Below are positions 20,401 to 31,236 of a DNA stretch of 64,000 nt, one piece after another. Both the position numbers and the translations under genes were made by a program. The notes under the pieces were generated by a model. The model was not told where the DNA came from. It was given only the letters and a program-made list of their open reading frames with translations, and did no database searches. Source of the DNA: Blastocladiella emersonii ATCC 22665 (Eukaryota; Fungi; Blastocladiomycota); contig JANHCV010000002.1 in NCBI GenBank assembly GCA_025594325.1, positions 620,001 to 684,000 on the forward strand. The letters run 5' to 3'. Positions within the stretch are counted from its first letter, which is position 1; every line of letters begins with the position of its first letter.

Positions 20401-22604
20401 GTTCGAGGAGAACTCGCTCGCGCGCTTCTCCATCTCGGCGCAGGGCCAGCGCGCGGGCATGACGCACAGCCCGTCGGGGCAGCTCCTGCCACCGCCGACG
20501 CAGCAGCCGGCCACCTTTGAGAAACCACCTCCGCCCGCGCCGCCGGCCCAGAACCGCGTCAGCGACTCGATGGGCTTTGGCCCCGTGAACCCGGACTTCG
20601 AGTTCGCCATGTCGCATAACCGGTCACACGCGCCGTCGCAGACTTCCGGCACGTCCATCAGCCGCGCTGAGCGGCAGCGGATCCAGGGCCGCCGCATCCT
20701 GTTCGGCCGCGTCACGCAGCCGCTGCGGCAGCCGTGGACGGTGCTGGTGCCGAGCATTCTGTTCATGGCGGCACTCATCTGCGGGTTCATCCTGTGCCTG
20801 GCGTTCACGGACGCGACGGCGCTGGTCCTGAACAAGCTCAGCACGGCGAGTCTCGGGCAGCGGCACGCGCTTGAGGTGCTCGAGTCGCTGCGCGAAATGG
20901 TCTTCGACAACATCTCGCGCGACTGGACCGACCTCGCGACGCATGTCGGTCACCTCAAGGGCGCGCTGGAGAGCGGGATCAGCCTGCTCACCGATCTCTC
21001 GCAGTGGGAGTCGGGCGCGTCGGTCGCGGCGCCGCGCCTGCGCATGCACCTCGCGCGGTTCACGAGCAACATGATCAACTTGGAGCCGCTCGACATGACG
21101 CCCGTCCAGATCTACCGGTCCGTGCTGCAGGCGGGCGCGCTCGGCATCAGCTTCTCGGCGCCGGGCAACATGACGGCGCAGGCGTTCCTGCAGGCCATCG
21201 AGCTCCGTTTCCTGACCGACAACCTCGACACGATGGTCGTCGGGCTGCGGTCCATGGCCGAGCTCAGCGTCAACGAGTACCTCCAGCTCATCAACAACTC
21301 GATCACGTACATGGTCCTCGCGGCCGCGGCCTCGGTGCTGTTCCTGTTCCTGGTCGCCGTAAGTCTCTTCTACGGGGTACGTGTCGCTAGCCGTGGGTCC
21401 CTCATCCCGACCCATGCCCCTTCGACGCGACCAGTCTCACTCACGCTGGCCTCCCATCCAAACGTGAAGGTCTTCCGCAAGTACTTCTCGAACCAGAACC
21501 ACATCCTGCGCATGCTGCAGGGCATCCCGAAGCGTGCCGCGGCCAACATGCTGACGGCCATCGAGGAGGAGATCGAGAATTTCCGCGAGGTCACGGACAT
21601 GCAGGACGACGACCTGATCGGCGCGCAGCCGAGCTCGGTCGGGATCAACGGGGCGCAGAACACGTCGACGTCGTGGACTCGCACGTCAAAGTACATGATC
21701 TGCCTGTTGTACATGATCCTGGTCGTTGGCAGCATGACGGCCGGCATGTTCCTGACGGCGCTCGCGTCGACGGAGATGACCAACGACGTGCACCGCGTCA
21801 TCCAAAGCAACTCGCGCGCGCTCAAGGTGCAGGCCATGCGCGTGTACTCGACCGAGTTCTTTGCGGCGGACGCGACCGTGGACGACTGTACGTTCTCCGC
21901 TGATCCGAACGTGAACGTGCGCAGTTCTCGACCACTCACCGCCTCGATTCACAGGGACGTGTATCCGCCAGAGCAGATCCCTGCTGTACGACCTGCAGCA
22001 GACGCACCGCGAGCTGGAGCTCGACAGCCAAGGCCTCGCCGAGATGCTGCCGGGCGAGACCATCACGCCGCGCAACTGCTCGGCCATCTCGCCCTGCGAG
22101 GGCGTGCAGCCGGACGTCCGTGTCGGGTTCACGTACGAGCTGGCCTCACTGCCGCTCAACGACGAGATCAACCGGATCATCGACACGCAGCGGCGCCTCA
22201 TCGACTTCATGGGCACCGTGGGCGCCAACCGGTCGGACTCAAACAGCGACATGTACCGGACGTGGCAGCTCGCGCTGTCACTGGCCGACGACATCCTCGC
22301 CCGCCTCGTACGCGTCAACGCCGGGCTCCGCGAGCACATGGACGAGCAGCTGTCGACGACCATCACGTTCGTCGGGATTATGTTCGGGCTGACCATGGTC
22401 GCGAGCGTCGCGAGTCTCGCCATCTACTACGCGTTCGGCGTGCTGCGGCTGCGGCGCGAGGCGCGGGTTATCGTCATGATCCTGTTCATGCTCCCGCCGC
22501 AGGTGACCAAGGACGTGGGCGAGATCGGCAAGTTCATCGAGACCAACGGGCTCGCGCTCGAGGCCATGTCCGAAGGGCGCATCGGGAGCGTGGCAGCGGA
22601 CTGA
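17482..22604 (+). CDS. Multi-exon polytopic membrane protein similar to the TmcB/TmcC (tiny macrocysts) family
   Basis: N-terminal TM block (FEQTLFSVAYIV, IIEDIQFLSF, C-x9-C loop, ARAHGRTDF), helical-repeat region (GLQLLERGLIEFPKDPLLTLLAATYL, LRSYAQYLSCIEAD) and further C-terminal TM pairs. About ten short GT-AG introns; exon borders only partly resolved. Confidence 0.6.
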
Positions 22605-22900
22605 TTCGCTGTGTACCATTAGAAGATGTACCACACTTTTCTAGATCCTTGGCTTGATGGTCTTCATCGCGCTACGCTGCTCCTCGCCATCGTCACACTT
22701 GGGCGGTGGCCCCCGCCACGTGGATCCCGGCCACAGTGACACGCGGCTTGAGCAGGGAACCCCTGGCTTGAGCGTCGCGTATTCACGCGGGTGGCGCAGC
22801 GCGCTATAAGCTTGCCCATGGACACGCAAACTGCAATTGAAAGACAATCTATCACATCACTCAAGGATTACACGAACAGTAAACAAAGTTGGGCGCGAGG

Positions 22901-25267
22901 TCACAACGTTGTGTCTGCATCGTGCGTCGCTGGCCCTAGACGCGGCCTGTGGCCACGACGACCAAGTCGCCCTTGCGGCCCGACTGGTGGACTTTGACGG
23001 ACGATGCACTCGAGACCGCCATCTGCTTCGATTCGACACTGAGCACATCCAACGACGAGTCGCCGGGGACCACGCCGTGCTTGACACCGCGCGACCGAAG
23101 CCCGAGCAGGTTGAGCACGCCCTTGAGCGCACGGACGGGCGCCGAGGATGGTTTCTACACGCCGCCGAGCGGTGATCGGGTCAGTATCCCGAGACGGCCA
23201 TGAGGAAGGAGATCGTACCTTGCTGCGAGAACCAGTCGAGTAGCGAACGCTGCTCGTGTCCGCGACCGATGGCGAAGCGCCGTCGTCCGAGGCCCGCGCC
23301 TGCGCGGGAAGGTCGGAAGGGCGATTAGTCGATGTGGTGTTCACTGAACGCGCGGATGAGCTGGCCGTGGGCCCGACCTCGGCTGTCGACGGAAGAACGG
23401 GGTGCGCCGGAACAAGAGCAGGTGCGGGAGCCGAGTCGAGCGTGGCGGAGGCGACGGCCGCGGTCTCGGAATGCCCAGCGGCACCCGTGGTGATGCTCGA
23501 CTCGACGCCCGCGTTCGTGGCGCGAGCGTCCGTGGCCGTTGGCGAAGGCTCGGCGAGCGCGTTGCGCGCCAGAGCGGAGACGTGCTCCGTACCAGTGACC
23601 GAGCGAGGAGCGTCAAAGGCGTCGATGAGCGCCGAGAGGTCGAGCTCGCCCGTGGACCCGATCCGGAGCGGCGCAAACGGCGCGGTGGGGACGGTGGGCG
23701 GCTCGAGCGGCGCGTCGACCTGAACCGTGTCGTGGTCGCCCGAAACGCAGTCCTTGGGCGTCTCGAGGAGCGACATGTCGAGACCTGGAAGTACCGGTGG
23801 GGCGACGCCGAGGTCGCACGCGTCGGCGGCGTCGACGACCGTGCCCGAGTCGACGGGCTTGATGATGCTGGCCGCGTCCGAGGCAGCGAGAGTAAAAGTG
23901 GTAGATGCCGAGTCGACCGAGTTGCTCGCGACGGCGGCGGGCTCGATGATGGGCGCGACCCAGTCGAGCGTCGCGAGGTCGACCTCGTTCGTGGTCGCGG
24001 CGCGAGTCGGGCACACGGCGGCCGAGATATCGTCGGCGGCGGCCGTCCAGCCGATGGCCGAGAAGTCTGCGCCGAGGTCTGCGCCGTCCATGGCGAGCTC
24101 CTCGTCGTCGTCGGCCGCCGACTCCGTGTCCGTGCACGAGTCGGACTCGCACTCGTCCTGCAGCAGCTCGAAACGCGCGAGCGTCGGCGAAAAGGCCGAG
24201 CAGAACACCGACTCATAGTCGGGCTTGGGCTTGCCGAGGAATCGCGGCATGATGTGGGGCTCGACCTCAGCGACTGGGCCGGGGATAGGCATCGTGCCGT
24301 GGTGGTCGCGGCCGAGCCCGGGCGTGAAGAACGCGTTGGTCGTCTCGGCGCCGTCGGGGTGGTCGAGGTCGGCGCACGGGTGGTACGTCATGGGAAGCGT
24401 CGGATGGCCCTTGAACTCGGGGAAGAGGAGGGCCCACGTCATGTTGAAGGCCGTGAGAGTAGGCGAGTAGCCGCGAGTGGTCGACGACGAATGGACCGAG
24501 ACGGAAAAGTAGATGCACGTCGAGACCGCGTAGATGTGCTCGGGCTGGACGAAGGCCTCGACGATCATGCTGAGCGTCGCGTCGCGGAGGCTGACCGAGA
24601 AGTAGCAGCGCACGGTGATGCACTCGGGCGAGCCGACCGAGTCCATCAGGGCGAAGAAGTTGGTGCCCGCGGCAAAGTGCGCATCGACAAAGTACGAAAC
24701 GTCACCGGTACACTTGTCGAGCATGGCTTGGTACGCGTGCGTGAGGACCGGCGAGCCGAGACGCGACTCGCGGACGAGGAAGCGCGTGAGGCTGGCCGGG
24801 CACCAGAGCGCCGAGGCCACGAGGTCGGCGAGATCGATACCGCCAGCGCGGGCCGCGCGGAAGCAGGCCAGATCGATGGCCGAGGAAGCGCCCGAGAAGA
24901 GAGCGAGCCCGGCCGATGCCGACGACGACAAGAACTGCTGCCCGTGGTGAAGCCCGTGAATGCGAGAAGTAAAGCCCGCGAGCATGGCCGAGCAAAGGTC
25001 AGACACCGGGGCGGCGGCAGCCAGGCCGCGAAGCGTGCCGACGAGAGGATCAAACGAGGCCAGCTTGAGGCACACGCGGGGGAGCGCGAAGACGAGATGC
25101 GCGACGACGGTCGCGAGCAGCTCAACCGGGTGTACATAGTAGCAGATCGCGTCGACGGTCAGGGGCGCGATGGCCGAGTGGACAACGGCGACGGCCTCCA
25201 TGAGGAAAAAGAAGACGTGCACGAGCAGGTACTCGAACACGACTTTGTCCTCCATGGTGGCGAACAT
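22901..25267 (-). CDS. Orphan protein: hydrophobic N-terminal region, then an acidic Ala/Ser/Thr/Pro-rich tail
   Basis: Long intronless ORF (open to 25492); ATG at 25267 (MFATMEDKVV) follows a CTACCACC leader. No domain recognised. Confidence 0.5.
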   Translation of the reverse strand: MFATMEDKVVFEYLLVHVFFFLMEAVAVVHSAIAPLTVDAICYYVHPVELLATVVAHLVFALPRVCLKLASFDPLVGTLRGLAAAAPVSDLCSAMLAGFTSRIHGLHHGQQFLSSSASAGLALFSGASSAIDLACFRAARAGGIDLADLVASALWCPASLTRFLVRESRLGSPVLTHAYQAMLDKCTGDVSYFVDAHFAAGTNFFALMDSVGSPECITVRCYFSVSLRDATLSMIVEAFVQPEHIYAVSTCIYFSVSVHSSSTTRGYSPTLTAFNMTWALLFPEFKGHPTLPMTYHPCADLDHPDGAETTNAFFTPGLGRDHHGTMPIPGPVAEVEPHIMPRFLGKPKPDYESVFCSAFSPTLARFELLQDECESDSCTDTESAADDDEELAMDGADLGADFSAIGWTAAADDISAAVCPTRAATTNEVDLATLDWVAPIIEPAAVASNSVDSASTTFTLAASDAASIIKPVDSGTVVDAADACDLGVAPPVLPGLDMSLLETPKDCVSGDHDTVQVDAPLEPPTVPTAPFAPLRIGSTGELDLSALIDAFDAPRSVTGTEHVSALARNALAEPSPTATDARATNAGVESSITTGAAGHSETAAVASATLDSAPAPALVPAHPVLPSTAEVGPTASSSARSVNTTSTNRPSDLPAQARASDDGASPSVADTSSVRYSTGSRSKVRSPSSWPSRDTDPITARRRVETILGARPCAQGRAQPARASVARCQARRGPRRLVVGCAQCRIEADGGLECIVRQSPPVGPQGRLGRRGHRPRLGPATHDADTTL

Positions 25268-26844
25268 GGTGGTAGCAGCCGATGAGGCGCACGAGGCCGG
25301 GGGCGAGGCGGTCCGGGAACGGAACACGGAACGGCGGCGATGGCGCGGCGGCGGCGGCGGTAGTGATCCGAGCGGGATCTGGCTGTACTGACAGGTACAG
25401 CTACGTTGATATGTAGCGAAGGTCTTGGGGGTGAACAGTCGTAGTCCACGGATCTCGATACATTCAACGAGGGGCAGGAGAGAGGGGGCCACGGGGGACC
25501 GGTTCGACTATAGCTGACTTGGCCCGAGCGCTAGCCCGCGATCACACAGCACTGCCGGCAGTGCAAGGTGGGATACATGGCGAACGACTGACTGGAACGC
25601 ACCGGCGCCGCCAGCCACCGAGCGGTTCCCGTTGAGAGTGGGCGACGGACTGGCGCGCGCCGCAGCAGCGATGGGGTGTCATGATGATTCATCGCCCCAG
25701 TAGCCGTTGCGCTAGGTTGGCGCTGGTCCGTGTGCGTCTCGCACGGTTGAGTTCGCGAGCGACAAGTGCGCGAGGTGCGAGTGTGTGCGGAGCGCTCGAG
25801 CGTTCGCTGCATGTCCCCCACTTTGATTTTCACGCCCGCCGGGTCGCGAGGCATCCACGCTCCCTGAACGCTAGCACGACTGATCGGGTAGGCGGCGTAC
25901 TGAGGTCGATCGTGGATGCCACGACGAAAGCCGGGCAGCGGGTCGCCGGGCGGTGCCCGAGATGAGCGACGCGGGCGTGCGACGTTAGAGGTGGCTTAGC
26001 CCGCCGCCGACTTGTCAGCGGCCGCTCACCTTGGCCCTCCGCTGATGCGATCACACACCCCTCCCATGAAGACGACATGAAATCGCATGAAGAGACATGC
26101 TGCAATCGCACCCGCGGACCATGGACAGTGCACCGCGGGTCCGTGTAAGGTCGCTGAGCCGCGCGAGCCGATGGCTCCAACGAGTGTCCTCGACCGGTCC
26201 ATGAAGCTCGACGCACGGCGGCGACCACGTCGCTCGGATGATGATGAAACTCGGCCGATGGTTGGTCTCGACTGAGAGAGTCGATGTGCACGGTGCCGCG
26301 AGGCCGTTGCGCCAAGTGCACTCCATCCGCTTCATGACACCGACCTGATCCAACCTCGATGCCTCTTCGACTTCTTCACGCGCGCTCGAACATCTTGCTC
26401 GTTATCCAAACCCACGCGTGCGGTGTGAGACGGGTGAATCATGAGGGACAGACGCGTCGGCCCGCCGCGTCCTCCCGCTCACGCGTCAAGATATGAGGGA
26501 TCGTCGACCGGTGCGCGCACAACGCTCATTGTTCTGTCCTCTCGGATCCGCGTTGCTGCGCTGTCCGTGCGAGCGATCTTCGCGTGGAGCCACGAAACGT
26601 GCCCAAGGGTCCGCCAACGTGCTTGTCTTTGAGCAACTACTGTCGGCCGCCTCACGATTCGATCAGTACCAGGTGATTCTCTCGAGGCTTCCTCACCCCT
26701 TGCTCTTCGCAGTCGGAGGAATGCGCAGCCGTTGCGCTCGACGCTGTGGTCGACGCGTTGCGCCACACGGAGCGCCACGTTCATCTCGACCCGGTCCGCT
26801 CAACCCTCCGCCTTGACTGCCTTCACACCGTTACCTTGACCGCC

Positions 26845-27390
26845 ATGTCACTCGATGCAATCTACATGCAGCGCCAGCGCAACCGTGTCGCCGACTCGCA
26901 GGAAGCGGATGTGCCACCCGCGTCCGACGCTCTGCGGGCTGCCCCGACTCGGTCCGCGCGAAGCCGCCGTGTTGGCATCCACGCAGTCCGACTTCACCGG
27001 TGCGGGTCGCGCCGTACACGGTCACGCCCGTGAGGGGCCCGTCGGACTGCTTGACGCACCGTGAGACCGAGGCTGAGGCAATCTCTTCGCCGCTGCGTGG
27101 TGTTGCAGCAGAACCAGCAATCCGTTGCAGAAGCGACGACTGAGCTCGGCGTGCAGGCCCAGGGGCTGGACTCGCAGGTTGCGGCGTGGGGTTCGTGCTG
27201 CAGGGTCACAACTAGTCTTTCATGGTACTCGCGCGCCGTCCTCGCGTCATCCGGCGCACCGATGTTCACGACGTCGCACGCTTGTAGGAGCTCGGCAACC
27301 TTGAGCACCGCGCGCGTAATCACGCACAAGGTCGCCGTCGTGCGACGGCGCTCGCTCGGGTCACCGTTCCCGCGAAGCTTGAGTTGACGA
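26845..27390 (+). pseudogene. Decayed duplicate of the BLOC1S1 gene, with intron-derived sequence retained
   Basis: ATGTCACTCGATGCAATCTACATGCAGCGCCAGCGC matches 6104 onward. All four exons are recognisable in order. The first donor is altered (GCGG-GTGCGG to GCGG-ATGTG) and exons 3 and 4 carry indels. Confidence 0.85.
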
Positions 27391-27440
27391 AGTAGCAGAG
27401 AGTACACGTACTCGTTCATGCCGCCCCGATCTGCTGATTC

Positions 27441-27650
27441 ATGGTGTACCTTGAGTTCGCGGACGTGACGGTGTCAGTCCTGACCAAGCTCGGCACTGCG
27501 AGTCTCGTGCAGTCGTACGCGCTCGAGGTGCACGAGTCGCTCGGGGTGCTCAAGCTGCAGCGCGAGGCGAGACCGTGGGTGCGACAAGTTCATCGAGCTC
27601 AAGGCCATGCCCGGAGAGCGCGTCGGAAGTGTGGCGGCGGACTGATTCAG
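27441..27650 (+). pseudogene. Fused fragments of the TmcB-like gene
   Basis: About 27445-27541 matches about 20793-20893; about 27541-27568 matches about 22435-22464; about 27574-27648 matches about 22515-22608, including the stop and the start of the 3' UTR (GCGGACTGATTC). Confidence 0.8.
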
Positions 27651-27685
27651 CGTGTGTCATCAAAACGGACGATATCTATACTCTG

Positions 27686-28532
27686 CTAGAGCTTGATAGC
27701 CTTGATCGACCCGACCTTCCGCCACATGGCAACGACCTCCGTCGACGGCCGCTGTCCCGGCGCGCGTGCCTCGTAGTCAGGCTCGCACCCGAGCGCAATG
27801 CTCGCGAGGTGGATGCAGAACCCGGCCGTGAGTCCCCACACGCGGAACAGCTCATCTTCATCACCCCCACTGGCCGCCGGCCACGGCACCATGAACTCGT
27901 GGAACCGCCACGTCTGGCCAAGCCAGTGCATCTCGAAGCTCGAGTGGTGCGGCCCGTCGACGACAAAGGCGGCGAGCGGGACGCAGAAGATGGCGGCGAC
28001 CTCGTCGTCGCTCGCGCGCAGGCGCGACGCGATCAACGACTCGGCGGTGCTCCGCCCCGCGTCGTCGGCGAACAGGTGCGCGACGACGGGCACGACGAGC
28101 GAGTTGATCCGCGACACGTTGGCGTGCAGCGTCGTCAGGTACGTCGCGTCGTGCGGCGACAGGCCGATCTCCTCCTCGGCCTCACGCAGCGCTGTCGCGA
28201 GGATGGAGCGGTCGCTCGGGTCCCACTTGCCGCCCGGGAAGCACACTTCGCCGGCTGGTGGTATGCGAGAAAACAACGGCGCGCGTAAGTTACGCTCGAA
28301 GCGGCGGACATTGGCGAAGCGCACCGTGTGACCGCAGCTTGGCCGAGCGCAGCGTCAGCAGGGCACACAGGCCGCGGGTGCGGCAGTGGATGAGGCCCGC
28401 GAGCACGCCGGCCTTGTTGGGTTTCTCGTAGTCGTCCGGGTACGCCGGGTGCCGCTTGAGCCGGTCGAGGGCGGCGCGCACGTCGGCGGCGGAGGTCGGG
28501 TTGGCCGTCACGGGCGATTCATTGGCGTTCAT
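27686..28532 (-). CDS. Nudix hydrolase, CoA diphosphatase type (NUDT7/Pcd1-like), 2 exons
   Basis: LLTLRSAKLRSH-AGEVCFPGGK (UPF0035/CoA motif), Nudix box GGKWDPSDRSILATALREAEEEIGL, EVAAIFCVPL and RVWGLTA. One GT-AG intron at about 28324-28255. Confidence 0.9.
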
Positions 28533-28757
28533 TTGCGATGTGTTGCATTCGGATTCGGAGTCAGGGATGGGTGGAGGAGAGCGAGGGTTGAGGAGAGTGG
28601 CAAGTGGCAGCTCGAGCGCCACGGCGCGACGCGTTCCCGCTCACGCGCCGCCACCGCGACGGTGCAGAGCCTCCTCACACGCCACCGGTGAGACTTGAGC
28701 GAAAAGCCCGACGGGCAACCTCTTACAGCATTGATATAGATATACAGTCACACACAT

Positions 28758-29447
28758 TCACCGCATGCCCCACGCGAGCGGCACACTCGACGGCGCCGCC
28801 GACGACGAGCTGGCGGACGGCGCGAGCCACGAGAAGAGCGACCCGGACCGGCGGAGCTCCTGGAACGACGACGACGCAGGCGGTGCCAGTTGAGGTGTTG
28901 GTGGCGGGCGTGGTGGAGGGTACGTCGCAGCCGAGACCGGGATGGGGATGGGGATGGGCGAGACCGAGGCGGAGGCGATGTCGCTCGGCGCGACCCAGCC
29001 CGAGGCCGCCGGGTCTGGCTTCGAGTCGGGGGTGCCGTTGGCCACGGACCCGCTGGTCCAACACGAGACGTGGCGCGACCGGCCCGAGCTGGACGGTGCG
29101 CGGCGTGGCGAGGCGAGCGGGCTCGATGCGGCCGCCACCGTTCGTGGGTCGTGGCCGGGCGCGACGACAGATTCGGCGAGGTCTGCATCGAGTTGTTGCG
29201 GTTCTCCTCCTTCATCGTCTCCGTCACCCTCGTCGCCGTCGTCGGGTAGCCGGACGCGGTGAAAGTGCTCGGGGGTGGCGGCTCGCGCGGACCCCGGAAT
29301 CGGGATGGGCGCGGTGGCGGCGGCACCGGGGCCTGCAGCGACGGGTGCCGCTTCGCCGGCGACGGGCGACGGGGCCTGGTCGTGCGCGGCGCTGCTCTTG
29401 CGGCGGCGAAGGCCGCGCGCCGAGACGTGGTATCCGGAGCCGAGCAT
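28758..29447 (-). CDS. Low-complexity Pro/Ser/Ala-rich hypothetical protein
   Basis: ATG at 29447 in an ACC ATG context; frame open to 28758. No domain recognised. Confidence 0.35.
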   Translation of the reverse strand: MLGSGYHVSARGLRRRKSSAAHDQAPSPVAGEAAPVAAGPGAAATAPIPIPGSARAATPEHFHRVRLPDDGDEGDGDDEGGEPQQLDADLAESVVAPGHDPRTVAAASSPLASPRRAPSSSGRSRHVSCWTSGSVANGTPDSKPDPAASGWVAPSDIASASVSPIPIPIPVSAATYPPPRPPPTPQLAPPASSSFQELRRSGSLFSWLAPSASSSSAAPSSVPLAWGMR

Positions 29448-29835
29448 GGTAGTTACAGGCGGCGGCGATGGACGGCTCGCGGGAGAGATTGCATGGGGTG
29501 GCGGACGCCGATGTGGTGTGGGTACATGGACAGCGTTGGAAAGCGGGAGAGCGAGGACTCGAGAGCGCAGGACCGTGGGCCGCGGGCCGCCGGGGTCCTC
29601 GTGCTCGGCGGCGAAGGCGAGCGAGCGGCTTGATGAGGGCCGTGATGCTGGGTGGCCCCACGCGCGCGCAGTGCCAAAATTAGCACGCGTTTTCTTCCGA
29701 GTAGGACGCGTCGGCACCGCGCGCGTGAGTCGTGTGGGACTCTTGCCCTCTCCCGAGGACCGCGATCAACCAATGTCATAAACGAATGTATTTATGTATC
29801 CCGCTAGGCTGGCTCGGCTGCCTTTCCTCGACGCT

Positions 29836-31236
29836 CTAGTGCAACTCGCGCAGCGGCGGGAGAGCAAGTCCAGCGGCAGCACGGGGGCCTCCGAAGCTGG
29901 AGGCGGACGAGCGCGCTGGATCCCGCTCCCGACGCAAGCCTGGCCCGAGGAGAGGCGCTGCTGCTTGGTGGTCTGAGAAGCGGCCAGCGACATGGCCGAG
30001 GCCGCCCTGCTGCACAGCGCGGGGCTGTTCCGATGGCCGCGGCGCAGCGGACGCTGGCCCTGAGCTCCACCGTGGGGCACTGCGCAATGGGAGCGAGGAC
30101 GCGTTCTCGCCGTCAACGAGCGTCGTATGCGGGACTTCGGCGGCAGACGGCAGATCGACGTCGGAGCGCGTGAGGGTGTACAGCCAGCGCTGCGATGCGA
30201 TACCGCTGCCTGCGCCAATCTCGTTCAACGGGGTGAGACAGGGCGACTTGATGTGCTGAGCACTGCCACCGAGATCCGCGACGACGTTGACGCGCGGCGT
30301 TCGCAGCGCCGGCTCGACAAGGGCAGGAACCGCTGGCGAATGGCAACGGACTGCTTCTGACTCGCTACCGCCGCCGAGCTCGAGTGCCGCCTCGGGTCCG
30401 TCCAGCCGCGCCTTGTGCGCGAGCGCTTCCGAGAGCTGCGAGGTAAGCTTGGACGATGCAAGGACCATGATCGTCGCGTGGACCATCCACAGAATCCGCG
30501 CTTCCGAGGTCCACGTCCCGTCCTCGATGTCAGCAACCGCACACGCAATGAGGGAGCCGCACACGGCGGCCGACGCGAGGAACGACAAGAGCACGAGCCA
30601 CGGGCCGGGCTGGCCGGCGGGGTTGGGCAGGCCAAACACGTGCGCGTAGCGCCGCCACGAGTAGACGTACATGGCGGCGAGCACGAGGTCGACGGCAATG
30701 AAGAGCACTTCGGCGGAGATCATGTAGCTCGCGTTGCACGAGTCCGGGTCGGCCGCGGTCCCGCCACGCGGAGCAACGCACAGCAGCTGCGGCAGGTAGT
30801 ACCCTGCGATGCCGAGCCACGGGAGCAGATACACGGCGACCATGGCCGCCGCGGCGATCCGGCGGTTGGCCTTGCGCGCCCACGCCGGCGGCAGCGCGGC
30901 GAGGATGCGCCACAGCGCGAGGTACATGTGCAGGTTGACCAGGGTCGAGTACGTGGTGAAGTCGAGCACGCTGAGAGCGCACCACGACCAGTAGAAGACG
31001 CCGTTCTCCTCGCGATCCGCGAACAGGTATGCCACGATCTGGATCGTGGCCGAGACGACTCCGATGCCGACAAGCAGGCGCTGGGCAAGGAGGACGCGGG
31101 CCAGGCTCGGTGGCAAGCGAAGGCGGGGCAGGGTCCGGAGCGCGACGAAAGCGGCGGTGGCGACCGCGACTGCGTACACGCAGAGCGCGGCGATGACGTT
31201 GCTGCTCGACCACTGGGGAACGACAAACTCGGGCAT
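29836..31236 (-). CDS. Putative 7-TM receptor-like membrane protein with a long cytoplasmic tail
   Basis: About seven hydrophobic segments in the first 270 aa, Cys residues in a loop, and a polar Ser/Pro-rich C-terminus. Confidence 0.65.
   Translation of the reverse strand: MPEFVVPQWSSSNVIAALCVYAVAVATAAFVALRTLPRLRLPPSLARVLLAQRLLVGIGVVSATIQIVAYLFADREENGVFYWSWCALSVLDFTTYSTLVNLHMYLALWRILAALPPAWARKANRRIAAAAMVAVYLLPWLGIAGYYLPQLLCVAPRGGTAADPDSCNASYMISAEVLFIAVDLVLAAMYVYSWRRYAHVFGLPNPAGQPGPWLVLLSFLASAAVCGSLIACAVADIEDGTWTSEARILWMVHATIMVLASSKLTSQLSEALAHKARLDGPEAALELGGGSESEAVRCHSPAVPALVEPALRTPRVNVVADLGGSAQHIKSPCLTPLNEIGAGSGIASQRWLYTLTRSDVDLPSAAEVPHTTLVDGENASSLPLRSAPRWSSGPASAAPRPSEQPRAVQQGGLGHVAGRFSDHQAAAPLLGPGLRRERDPARSSASSFGGPRAAAGLALPPLRELH

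Noticed and set aside
27650-27690. CTAG near 27685 as a Helitron 3' end for the fragment mosaic
   Set aside because: No GC-rich subterminal hairpin precedes it, and the CTA is simply the reverse complement of the Nudix stop codon.
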